Shown here in pieces: positions 21,792 to 33,059 of a stretch of DNA of 43,501 bases. Origin of the DNA: Picochlorum sp. SENEW3 (lineage: Eukaryota). The notes below the pieces were generated by a model. The model was not told the DNA's origin. It worked only from the letters and a program-made list of their open reading frames with translations, and ran no database searches. Location of the stretch: contig CP120463.1 of assembly GCA_034226945.1 (NCBI GenBank), positions 930,001 to 973,501 on the forward strand, given 5' to 3'. Both the position numbers and the translations under genes were made by a program. Numbering within the stretch: the first letter of the stretch is position 1; every line of letters starts with the position of its first letter.

Positions 21792-23649
21792 ATGGGCGTG
21801 AAAGACGCTGCAGGGGACCAAGGGCCTGGAGCGCGCACAGGCCATGCCGCGAAAGGTTCGTTATTGTTGCGTATTTTTTATGAGAGATGTACATCCGATT
21901 TCATCGCGCATTCCTGATAATGGTGCTGTTGACTCAACAACTGACACCCTCTGACAACGGCTTGGCCGGGTCCCAGTATTTTGACTGCAACACTCTACAT
22001 AAATGCAGAGTTTCCGCCTCTATGGTTTTCTGATGTGACAGATTATCTAACAAACACCCTGAGAAAGGGCGTGGCTCCTGCTCTCGGCCTGGCCGCGGGG
22101 TTTGCAGCAGTGCGTAGTTGTCATTTCGTGGTTTTGCAGGTATTTGTCCTAGCGTTTCTGATGTATGTATTGATTTGCATTGTAGAATAAAGCGAGGAAA
22201 ACATGGGACTCCCCACGCAGCGCATGGTTGGCCCTTCGCGCCCCTCTTCAGCAGCATACGATGAGGCTGTGGCAGATGATTTGTGACCCGGACAACTTGG
22301 GAGCCCTTGCACTTCTTGCCGCGGCGTTGATAGTTTTGTTTCTTCTGAGGCGCTGGTGGTTGAAAGATCGGGTGTATTTGTTGGATTTTGAATGCTTTCA
22401 GAACAAGGAGGACAAGTGGGTGTCATACAAGAGATTTGAGGATGGATCGAGGGACAAGGGGTGTTTCACAGATGACGGCCTGGATTTCCAGCTTCGAATG
22501 CTGAAAAAAAGTGGTCTCTCACAAGAGACCATGTTCCCAAGCGGATTGCACCTGGATCCACCCCAGCCAACCATGGCTTGGGCAAGGGAAGAGGCAGAGC
22601 TGGTGCTTTTTGATGTGGTTGAAAAGGTGTTGCGCAAAACAGGGATCAAGCCCAGGGATGTCGACATTCTCGTTGTCAATTGCTCGTTATTTAATCCCAC
22701 GCCGTCCCTGTCCGCGATGATTATCAACAAGTTCAAGATGAGGAGAGACATTGAATCGTACAATCTGGGCGGGATGGGCTGTTCTGCTGGAATCATCTCT
22801 ATTGGGCTGGCCAAGAGACTTCTGGGCAGCCTGAACAGGGGAGGTTATGCGCTGGTTGTGTCGACGGAGAATATCACACAAAATTGGTATCAAGGGAACG
22901 AAAGGTCGATGCTCATTCCCAATACTATTTTCAGGATGGGAGGCGCTGGAATCCTTCTGACGAATAAGAAGACAGAGGCAAGGAGGGCAGTGTATGAATT
23001 AGAGCATGTAGTCAGGGTGCACCTGGGTGCCCAAGATGACGCGTATAGGTGCGTATACCAAATGGAAGATCAGGATGACAAAATTGGAGTCGAGCTGAAC
23101 AAAGACCTCGTCAAGGTGGCCGCCAGAGCCATGGAGGCCAACCTGACCAGGATGGGCCCCCTGGTGCTGCCACTGGGGGAGAAACTTGCCTTTGCCATCA
23201 ACTGGATCGCCAGGAAGATACTCGGATTCAAGCTTCAGGCATATATTCCTCGATTCAATAAGGCATTCGATCATTTTTGTCTTCATGCTGGGGGCAGAGC
23301 TGTTGTCACTGGGTTGAGCAAACAGCTGCAACTCTCTCGAGAGCAAATGGCACCGTCAGCCAACTCTCTGCACTGGTATGGTAACACGTCGAGCTCGACC
23401 GTGTGGTACAGCTTTGCCTTCATAGAAAGCCTGCAAGGAGTAAAACAGGGACAGCGTGTCTGGCAAATTGGGTTTGGCTCGGGTTTCAAGTGCAACAGTG
23501 CTGTCTGGAGGTCTCTGAGATCAACAAAGCGTTGCCACAAGGCATGGGAGCATATCAAGGGAAGAGAAGACCAAGCAGTCGACACCATCCTCCAAATCGA
23601 AGCTGATTCGATTCGAGAGAGGCAAGAAAAGCAAAAACAAAAGCAGTAG
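21792..23649 (+). CDS. KCS: 3-ketoacyl-CoA synthase (FAE1/KCS very-long-chain fatty acid elongase condensing enzyme)
   Basis: Inferred exons 21792-21855, 22009-22109 and 22186-23649. LVVNCSLFNPTPSLSAM, NLGGMGCSAG (catalytic Cys), HFCLHAGGRAV, GNTSSST, WQIGFGSGFKCNSAVW. The 5' exons are less certain. Confidence 0.93.
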
Positions 23650-23780
23650 CACTTTTTTGGGCGTTGTACAACAAGTTTTCAATTGAGCAATGCTGTGGCC
23701 TGTGGCCTGTACATTGTACACGGATTTTGATGCGCACCATACACGTATATTTATGAAACATTTATCTTTAACTTTGTAGT

Positions 23781-25973
23781 ATGTACAAAAGAGACGTTGG
23801 GATCCTTATCCTGGCAATCTGTGCGGTGTTCGTCAGCTTGCAGAGCGACGGGCCCATCACGTTTCAGAAAGCTTGGTGAGTGCCCATGTATGGAGCTACG
23901 CGTCCTTTGAAGTCAGGAAAATTCATTTATTGCGATATATGCAGGTATTTGAAATTCCCAGGTGATGGTGCTGGTACCGGATCACATAGTCTCCCTGGCC
24001 CAACTTCGGTACGTTGGTGCTGTGATGCTGCACGATGGTGTCATACGCTGCCTTACTATAACATGCATGTGCAGGTCGATCTTAACGGTGATGGAAAGCC
24101 AGAGTTCGTGGCAGTAGCGCCCGAGGGCAGGGTCATTTTAGCAGCACCAAAGAAGCATGGAGATGGCTTTGCACCTGCTCTTGTTTTAGCAGAGCTGTCA
24201 ACGAGGGACATTGCAAACCTGAAAGAGGATGAAGACACGCCAGAAGTACTTGCTGTGACTTCTGGGAGCCTTGACATGCCCAGGAAGGATTACGTGCGGC
24301 GCCCAAGAAAGCAGGTGGTTGCGATAGCTATGTCCAATGGGATGGTTGCACTGCTTGACTCCAATCTCAAAGTGAGATGGAGAGCACGAATTCCAAATAT
24401 AAGGGATTCAGTAGACTTAAAAGATGTTTCTGTGCTGGTGACACCACACAGTGGTGTGATGAGCGACTCGGGCATTGTGGTAGTCAGTGTGAGGGAATTC
24501 GTGGAAGAGGAGGAGGATGATTATGACTATGAGGAGGATGCTGAGGAGGAAGAGAAGCACGAACATGGGAGGGAAAAGGACGAGAAACTGTCAGAACTAG
24601 ACTCGGATCCTCGCACGAAATCGAGACATGTCTCGTACTTTGCTTTCGGAGGAGCCACGGGGCACATTGCCTGGAGCCACACTCCAGACGATTTTCACAA
24701 AGACCCCATGATGCTGGTGGAACCTGGAGTCAAAACGTTGTATTCCGAGAGGCTCAAGGCAGAACTTCTTGGGGGGATTCATTACGGTGAGCACTCTTGC
24801 AGAGACTACAGAGAATCCATCCTCGCCTCGCTGCCTCATGGGTGGTTTGGGGACGCAGATTCATCAATCCACGTTGCTCATTTCCACATGCATCGTAAGC
24901 ACCATGGATCTCAGCGACACAATCTGGGATCCTCACAAGCTGATGCAGAAGGGTCGAGACTGAATAGTCCTCCATCGACGCATTTCCAATGGAAGACAAG
25001 CGTCAAAGAAAAACCGCTCCATAAAATGCCTCCAAATGTGATTGTCTCTCATGTGGAGGACGGCTTAGAGATCATGCATTTATTCTCCGGGAGGCCAGTA
25101 TGTCGCCTACGTCTCTCTAAGAATGCTTTGCATGCAGATATTAACGGAGATGGCGTCCCAGACCACGTTCATGTGACTGGCGGGATTCCGAAACCAGAGA
25201 GGATAGAGATGGATATCGCACGACGGCAGTTTGGCCACGACAAGATGGGCCCGTGCATGACAAAAGTAACTTCTGGAATACCTCCTAGCACGGTTTTATT
25301 CAATGGAAGCATTTGTTCTCTGGCGGTCACAAATCGCCCGCAAGGTTCCCTGGACATTGCTCCCCCAGTCGCCATTCCAGTGCCAAGGAAGAATGGACAT
25401 TATGCCACCAACCCACTCCATCAGAAGATGAACTTGTTTTATTTCAATAGCAGAGGTGAGATTATATCGTATGATCATAGAGGAGACAGAGTATACTCCA
25501 TTCATACGGGAATCACGTGGAGGCAGAAATATCCCCAGTTTGACTCTGATTCGCTGGAGGAAGACGAACAAGACGATGACTATGATGCACAGGATTGGGC
25601 AGTCCCCACGTTTGCCCCGTTCTCTTTTCGAAAACACGCAATTCCATCAGGTATAATTGCTGCTGGTAGGAATTTGTTGACAATTTTGAGCGAGCACGGA
25701 AGAGAGCTGTGGTCCGTTGACCTCCCGAGCCCTCCGGTGCAACAAGTGGTCCAAACAGATTATAACATGGACGGGTACACAGATATTATTTTAGTCACAG
25801 ATAGCGCCATGTATGCTTGGACACAAGTGCGGACTCCTGGTGGAGTATCCATCAGCGCTTTGGTGGGAGGGTTGATTGTGGTGATGCTGGTCATCCTCGT
25901 GACCCAGCACCAGCTCGGTTCAGACACCGCATCAGCCGTTGCCAAAGGAAGGAGCACGGACAGGGTGGATTGA
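23781..25973 (+). CDS. FG-GAP-repeat single-pass membrane protein (plant NERD1-like)
   Basis: Inferred exons 23781-23875, 23945-24008 and 24075-25973. N-terminus MYKRDVGILILAICAVFVSLQSDGPITFQKAW resembles the plant FG-GAP family start. FG-GAP motifs DLNGDGKPE, HADINGDGVPDHV, DYNMDGYTDII; acidic tract; C-terminal TM helix. Confidence 0.85.
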
Positions 25974-26150
25974 TATTTGTTGTTGTTGTTTTCCTGTCAT
26001 TATTGGTAGCAATATTATTTGTCAATTACATTATTTACTCTGTGGTAATGCCACGGTACAGAATTACAATTGTATTCCGAAGGCTGTTTTCCTCCTCCAC
26101 CCCCCTGCAACATTGTAGTGTCTCTCAGAAGAAGCACAAAATACAGAGAC

Positions 26151-26729
26151 CTAGTTCATATACTTCTCAATCGTCTGCACCAGCGTCGACTTGGGGACAG
26201 CTCCAATGACAGCATCCATCTTCTGACCATCCTTGAACACCATAACAGTTGGGATGCTTCTGATGCCATACTCGGTGGCCACCTGTGGGCTTTCATCCGT
26301 GTTCAGCTTTACCGCCTTCAATTTATCCCCATACTCTTGCGCAATCTCGTCGATGATGGGAGCGATCATGCGGCATGGCCCGCACCAAGGGGCCCAGAAG
26401 TCCACGAGCACGGGCACAGAGGACTTGAGCACCAGCTCCTCCCAGGTGTCGTCATTCACAGCTCCAGCACCTGTAAAAACACGGCATGCATCAATGTGGC
26501 GAACAAGAAAGAGGCGCGGGCTCATTCAGGTCACGACGACTCTCGAAGACAACGTACCTGTTGACGTCGCATCCCCGGCACGAACCACAACGTTTCTAGC
26601 TGCCAGCGAAGTATATCTAGGTTCCCACTTTTGCACACGGTTAGCGAACGAAGTCTGACGACCGACACGCCCAGCTACGTGTCCAGCAGCGACAGGCTTG
26701 GGTGTCGCGATTGTGGTAGTAAATGCCAT
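26151..26729 (-). CDS. TRXm: Plastid thioredoxin m
   Basis: Exons 26729-26558 (transit-peptide-like) and 26470-26151. [44 protein letters not shown]. Confidence 0.95.
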
Positions 26730-27060
26730 TTCTCACACGTTGGATGATATTCGTGATCTGCAGTGAATATAATCAAATTAACTTGAGGAAATCTGTCGTA
26801 TGTGGTCGACTGGATCCTTCTTATGGGCCCACCGTAGTGGACATTATCGCAGCTGGAAACTCAATCCCAAATCTCATCCGAAGCAGGCCTAGGCCCGGCC
26901 ATGGGTCGCCACCCACAAGAGAGATATCTCTCCGGAGAGAATTCACGCCTGTCAAATACGACAGTTGATGGGAGCCATGTTAAAAAACAACGCGAAGTCG
27001 TCTCAAACACAGTGCGGGCACGCACGGGGAAGGACACCATATCGATTCCTCAAATTAATT

Positions 27061-28420
27061 ATGATTGGAACAATTGCCAGACGGATCAAGTCGCCGCAGG
27101 CCAGCAAGGACGCCAGGCTCTTGCTAGGGCTGCAGAGATTCGTGTCCAGTGCTGCTTCGGAGGAATTGACTGTGGAGGTGCGTATCGATGGTCCAAAATG
27201 ATATATGTGTATCATATAGGATGTTGGGTTTGTATCTGCGACCCCCATGGGCGAGAGTCCGTCGTGCATGGCCGGGATGAGCTTTTGTCTTGGTTCTTCC
27301 CTCACGATGTGCGGGTTTTCTCCATTTAAGACGTTACATCATGTATGCAATTCAGATAAATCCATTTAAGACGCACAAATGTGACGGTCCATCGACGACG
27401 GTGACCACGACGAAGGACGAACTTGTAGCATTTTTCACCGACATGTACAGAATGAGACGCATGGAGATTACAGCGGATATGCTATACAAATCTAAGCAAA
27501 TCCGTGGGTTCTGTCATTTGTACGATGGTCAGGAGGCGGTTGCCGTTGGTATGGAGGCTAGCACCACCAAGAATGATTCGATCATCACATCGTACAGAGA
27601 CCACGCACTCTATTTATCCCGCGGTGGGACTGTGCACGGTGTGATTGCTGAGCTCATGGGGAAGTACACGGGGGCATCCAAGGGTAAAGGAGGCTCCATG
27701 CACATGTACAGCAAGGAGAGCAACTTTTACGGAGGGCAGGGCATTGTGGGAGCTCAAGTTCCCGTTGGAGCAGGGTTGGCACTGGCCCATCAATATTTGG
27801 ACGATGGAAGCATCGGCATCACCATGTACGGGGATGGTGCTGCGAACCAAGGACAAGTCTTTGAAGCTTTCAATATGGCGGCATTGTGGGATTTGCCATG
27901 CTTGTTTGTCTGCGAGAACAATCATTATGGAATGGGAACTGCAGAATGGAGAGCAGCCAAGTCTCCTGCATTCTATTCCAGAGGAGATTACATGCCCGGA
28001 ATGAAGGTCGATGGAATGGATGTGCTTGCAGTGAAGCAGGCTTTTGCATATGCCAAAAAGTACGCCCTCGAGAATGGGCCCATGATTCTCGAGATGGACA
28101 CATACAGGTACCACGGGCACTCCATGTCCGATCCTGGCAGCACATATCGCTCGCGCGATGAGATCAGCAATATTCGGCAAAAGCGCGACCCAATCGAGCA
28201 CGTCCGCAGACTTTTGTTGGACAATAAAATGTGCGAGGCATCAGAGCTGAAGGCGATCGAGAAGAGCCTGAAAAAAGAGATTGACAGTGCAGTGGAAAAG
28301 GCCAAGTCTGATCCGTACCCCCCATTAGACGAGGTCTTTTCTCATGTGTATCTTCAAGCTGATGGCATTAAAGTTCGAGGGGCACGTCCTGGCGTTCATC
28401 ATAAATTGATTTCTGGTTGA
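27061..28420 (+). CDS. PDHA: Mitochondrial pyruvate dehydrogenase E1 alpha subunit
   Basis: Exons 27061-27177 (presequence-like) and 27356-28420. [23 protein letters not shown] motif [10 protein letters not shown]...NN, and the phosphorylation loop [13 protein letters not shown]. Confidence 0.97.
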
Positions 28421-28772
28421 TGCAATTAATTGCAAATATTTGCATGTAGCAAATTTGTTTTTAAAGCGTTGCGTCCTTGTCCTCGTCTTGGGTGCATATG
28501 GTCGACCTGCATTGTTTCCAACTCGTTCAACTTCTCCTAGGCCTAGGTTCGGCTTTATTTGTTTTAGTAGCAGTCGGATGTCGAATCGTGGACACATGAC
28601 TGCGACGACCTTGGGATTTGCCGTCGCATTCCGTGGACATGCCATTGGGCGCTTCTTCGAGTTGTAATCTTCTCCTTTTGCGGCTATTGGTGATATGTGT
28701 GAGATTAAAAAGGATTTTTGGAGATTCATTTGGGACCCACACATCCCCAAGTGCCCAAGTGTCTTTTTCCTG

Positions 28773-28872
28773 CTGTAATTGAACACAATAAAAAATCGTG
28801 ACCCTGCGTCGATTTCATAACAAATGTTATACGGTCGCGTGGTCGTCTTTTTTTCATTGTATGTTTTTACGG
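28773..28872. repeat. Imperfect inverted repeat (arm L 28773-28803, arm R 28841-28872), hairpin unit 1
   Basis: ctgtaattgaacacaataaaaaatcgtgacc ... ggtcgtctttttttcattgtatgtttttacgg. The insert is itself self-complementary (ataaca-aa-tgttat). Confidence 0.85.
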
Positions 28873-29624
28873 ACGAAAACACGACGAGCGTTTTGTTGAA
28901 ATTGTGTCTCCGGTCGAATGGATGACAGGAGCGGACATCTCTCAAAGAAAAAAGAGACCCTGTGGCTTCCCTCCGCTCTCAATACCCAATCAAAGTCTCC
29001 TTTCCCTATAATGCTGGGCAAAAACACGCTTCCTTCTACCCGTATTACTATGAATCTATAACATGGTTTACCTCCACAAATCGAGCCGTGTACAGATACT
29101 CTCAACAAGCAAGCGTGGCATTCGTGCTCTTGGCGCAACACACTCACTGGCGTCCGGCTGCTTGAGCTTGGTTTTGTTCTTCTGCCGTCTCATTGATTTG
29201 ATTCAACAGTATTGCAATGTCAATTAACGATTCGTGCAGAAACCCATCATCAGGAGAAGGAGAGGTCCTGGTCGTCGTGGCTCTGTCCACTGTGATCGCC
29301 AAGACATTCACGTGGAACGGTTAGGGGCCCTTCTCTGTGGACATGGCCATATGTGGGTCGTATGATGGACTTCTTATGATGCTATGAATCATATTAATGG
29401 CTCTTCCTGCGCATGGGTGACAGCTCTGCAGGCCCCTCCTCCTCCTCCCTACCGATGTGAACGGAAATGACGACGACCAGCTGTGTTTTGAATGGGGAGT
29501 TTCATTCGTTGCGGTGTCAGCAGGACGATTTTGCAAGTATAATGGCATACTCAATTCAATTGAACACTCTAGTGGTAGTAGTAGACCGATCGACCCACTT
29601 CCCAAGTACCCAAGTGTTTTTCTG

Positions 29625-29746
29625 CTGTAATTGAACACAATAAAACACAATAAAAAATCGTGACCAATGCCCCTATGTCCTTATGTCCTTATGTCCCCAT
29701 GTCCTTATGTTGCGTGGTCGCCTTTTTTTATTGTGTCTTTTTACAG
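29625..29746. repeat. Imperfect inverted repeat, hairpin unit 2, with an 8-bp minisatellite insert
   Basis: Arm L 29625-29665 (with a 10-bp internal duplication) and arm R 29716-29746. The insert is cttatgtc-type 8-mers x ~5 at 29671-29710. Confidence 0.85.
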
Positions 29747-32700
29747 ACAAACGCCACGACGAGCGTTGTTGAAATTGTGTCTCCGGTCGAATGGATGACA
29801 GGAGCGGACACCACTGAAAGTGTGAGACCAACACAGACTCTCTACTCCGCTCCCATCAAGCACTCCTCCTCTTGAAGAGTAATAAACACCACGATTATCC
29901 TGTAACATGGTTTATGTCTCCACAATTTTGCAAGCCAACCACAGATACTCCTCTCAACACGCAAGCGTGGCATTAGTTGTTGGCATTCGTGCCAACCCAG
30001 ACACACAACCATTCGCTTCCTTGAGCTTTGGAGTAGTCTGGCGTCTCCTTGATTTGATTCAGAGGGGTTGGAATGACAACCAACGAGCGATTCGTACAGA
30101 AACCCGCCCGGAGGAGAACGTCGTCTTGGCTCTTCAGACCTGTCAATGGCATTCCCGTGAACCTGTTGGGGACCCTTTCTCTCTCTCTCTGGACGTGGTG
30201 GTCATACGCTAGTGGTAGATTTGGTTTATTCTGAATATATGCAAATACGAGTCGTGGCCCTTCGTGGCACCTGCAGGCCTCCTTGTCTCAACAGCCTTGA
30301 CGTGAACGGAATTCTTGTTGACAGGACATTCAACGCATTGACAAACGGGAATACCCCTGTATCATTTCACTACATACATCATGAGGGTCATATTTAAAGC
30401 CAAATATGGTGCTCTGACTTTTTTCTACTCGTTGCACTACCTCGGTCACTGAGGTGTCATGGCCCATGGCTGTAGGTCGGGTTGGTATGGCCAAGGTCTT
30501 TTGTACCTCCCTTGCTGAAATACAATAGTGCTATGTATGCAATCATCGTGTGTCATCATCGTGGTTTGGCAATGTATGTATACACTCTAAGGCCATGGAT
30601 GCACGGTCCACATGGCGGTCCACGTGGGTCCATCCGAGAGCAGATGGACCACACTGCTGTGTAGCATGTGGACATCCATCCGTTCTCATGTGGACCGACC
30701 GTGAGTCCCACCATTTCTCTGCGCAGTATTGATTGTAAGATTCTTGCAATTTAATATGGATACATGAGAAAGGATATGATAGATAGGACGTGCTAGGCGT
30801 GGATGCACGTTCCTGCCCACGAGAGACCTCTTCAACAGTTTTCCCTCTACTACTAGTGTCCATGTCTACTCTCTTCTGTGACACTGCTGTAGAAAATGGT
30901 GTTTTCTTCTTCTTCGTGCTATATGTAAGAAAGCTGGACCGGACCATCGCGCGTCTCTCTCCGTGGTTTTCTCGTCAAAGTATCTTTTTCGACGCCAGTG
31001 TCCCCCTAGTGTCCGTCAACAGCTAGATGTAACTGTCCAGTTTCGGCAGGTGGTCGTCTTTTTTTATCGTGTCTTTTTACGGACGAACATCACGTCGGAA
31101 ATTGTTTCTCCGGTCGAATGGATGACAGGAGCGGACACACTTCAGTGAGAGAGACACAGGGTTGAACAAGCTAGCGTGCTCTTGGCGCAACACACTCACT
31201 GCCATCCGCCTGCTTGGTTTGCTTTCTTCTGTCGTCTCCTTGACTTGATTCCATACTATTATTTTTAAATGTTGGAGTGACAATCAAAGATAAATACTGA
31301 AACCCACCAGGAGAAGAAGAGGTTCCTCGACGTCGTGGCATGTTGCCATGGCTTTGTCGTGAACGGTTGGGGACAGTTTTCTCCCTCTGTAGCCATGCGC
31401 TGGTGGTATACTATCAAAATTGATTTATTAGTTATGAATACATGAATCGTCTTCATGGTTCTCCTTCTTCTTACCCCTCCTGGGGAGCGACTCCTATCTG
31501 CTGCGATGGGAGTGGAATTGGCGACGAAACAGAGTAGGATATTCTGTAGAAACATAGAACATTAGCTTATGTCACGATGCCAAATTTTTGATGCGTCGAA
31601 TGTTGCGGTCCCTTGCGTGATGAGGTCCCAGATACAGTGGTGGCAATAACGCATGTGTGACGCATGCTTGTTCCAAATTCTCTGACCGATTTCGCATCAC
31701 GAGGTATGATGACGCATCCTGTGAGGTATGCTGTGCCCATGCCCAGTTGGGGGGCAGTGACGGCAATATTGAGGGGCATTGAATTATATTCATTCCTTCT
31801 ATGACGGTACATAGATCTTATCAGGCTGCCCCTAGTATGGACAGTGCATGCTGTAGGCCTGTGGGATGCAACCTCTGGGCCTCTTGTGGTGAAACTCCCC
31901 CTTTGTTTGTCGTCGAACGTTGCTCTTTCGCTCTGTGCTTTCCGCTCTTAATTTTTGTTTTCTTTTTCGAACAGATGGATCGATTTGTCCTGCGAGCCTG
32001 GCGTGTGGCTTCTTCTTTTTTTTTTCTTGCCTCGGTTTTGAGGCTGTGCCTGCTCTTGCAATCATCTTCTCAACTCCTTTTCGTGGTTCTTGTTGCTTGG
32101 CAGCCTTTTGAATCTCGACTATTCGACACGGTGTCAAATACTAGTAGAGTCCCATTCAACAACCAACCTATTGAGGGTGAGCTCAGTCCCTTTCTTGTCA
32201 CAGGCTCTTTTTGTGTTGTTGTTCCATTCAATGTTGTTGATCTGGTACAGAGACGCATGGGAATACATTCTGTTTGTTCTTTGTTGTCGTTTTGATTGTT
32301 GTTGTGTAGCAGAGAAACCTTTCTTTTTTTTCTTTAGTAGTTGTAGCTCCTACATTCATTCATCGAGTTCAGAGCAGCATCTCTTGTGATGGCCACATTC
32401 CCTAGTCTTTTGGTGGACAGACAACACCTATCATTTCAATCAAAAACAGATTGAGTCTGCTATATATCTTTTGTTCTTGTATTGTTGATGTACAAGGATA
32501 CGACATACTACTAGAAACACTGCTCAAAAAGCAGTCGCGTGTCAGGACGGGTAGGGAGTGGTGCATGATTCCCAACAGATCCCTGTGCATGTGTGTGAGT
32601 GTCCACATCCATCCTTATATTCACACGTTGCCCTACTTACCATACGATAGAATAGATCGATTAGAACATTCGTGTTATTCTTGTGTTTTCTGAATCCACG

Positions 32701-33059
32701 AATCAGTGTGTGGGTGTGTGTGGAGATATGTATGGAGCTGTTTTGCTGTTTTGTTGGTTGAGTCTGTGGATGGTGGGTGAGCACACATTGTGTGCTATTG
32801 CTATTACTACTACTCTCTTCGTTGTTTCGTTGTTTCTACCTCTAGAGCAGTAACTATTGTTGTTTGTTTTTAGTAAACCGACAGTAATAGTAATAGTTGT
32901 AGAGAAGAAGAAGAACAAAAGGTGTAGTAGCAGAAGAGGTATCTCGTCAAAGGTCTTGTCTCCATCGGGAGGGGTAGATAGACTGAAGGCATCGGTCCGA
33001 CAGAGTATTGGACCGATCAGTAAGGTCGGCCTCTTTTCTTTTCTCGCGAGGCGTGTCCA

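Larger units (their letters stand above)
28740..31560. repeat. Diverged tandem repeat, ~850-bp monomer, about three copies (~28740-29590, ~29595-30450, partial ~31050-31560)
   Basis: Shared blocks recur in the same order: cccaagtg-cccaagtgt-tttt-ctgctgtaattgaacacaataaaa; ggtcgtctttttt-attgtgtctttttacggac; gaaattgtgtctccggtcgaatggatgacaggagcggaca; caagcgtggcatt / gtgctcttggcgcaacacactcact; gtctc-ttgatttgattc; gaaaccc-caggagaag; gtgaacggtt-gggg. The offset between copies 1 and 2 is ~850 bp. Confidence 0.85.

Noticed and set aside
29225..29255. Hammerhead ribozyme on the minus strand (CTGATGA...GAAT)
   Set aside because: No proper stem II or GAAA, and not conserved in the other monomers. The CTGACGA near 41300 likewise lacks GAAA.
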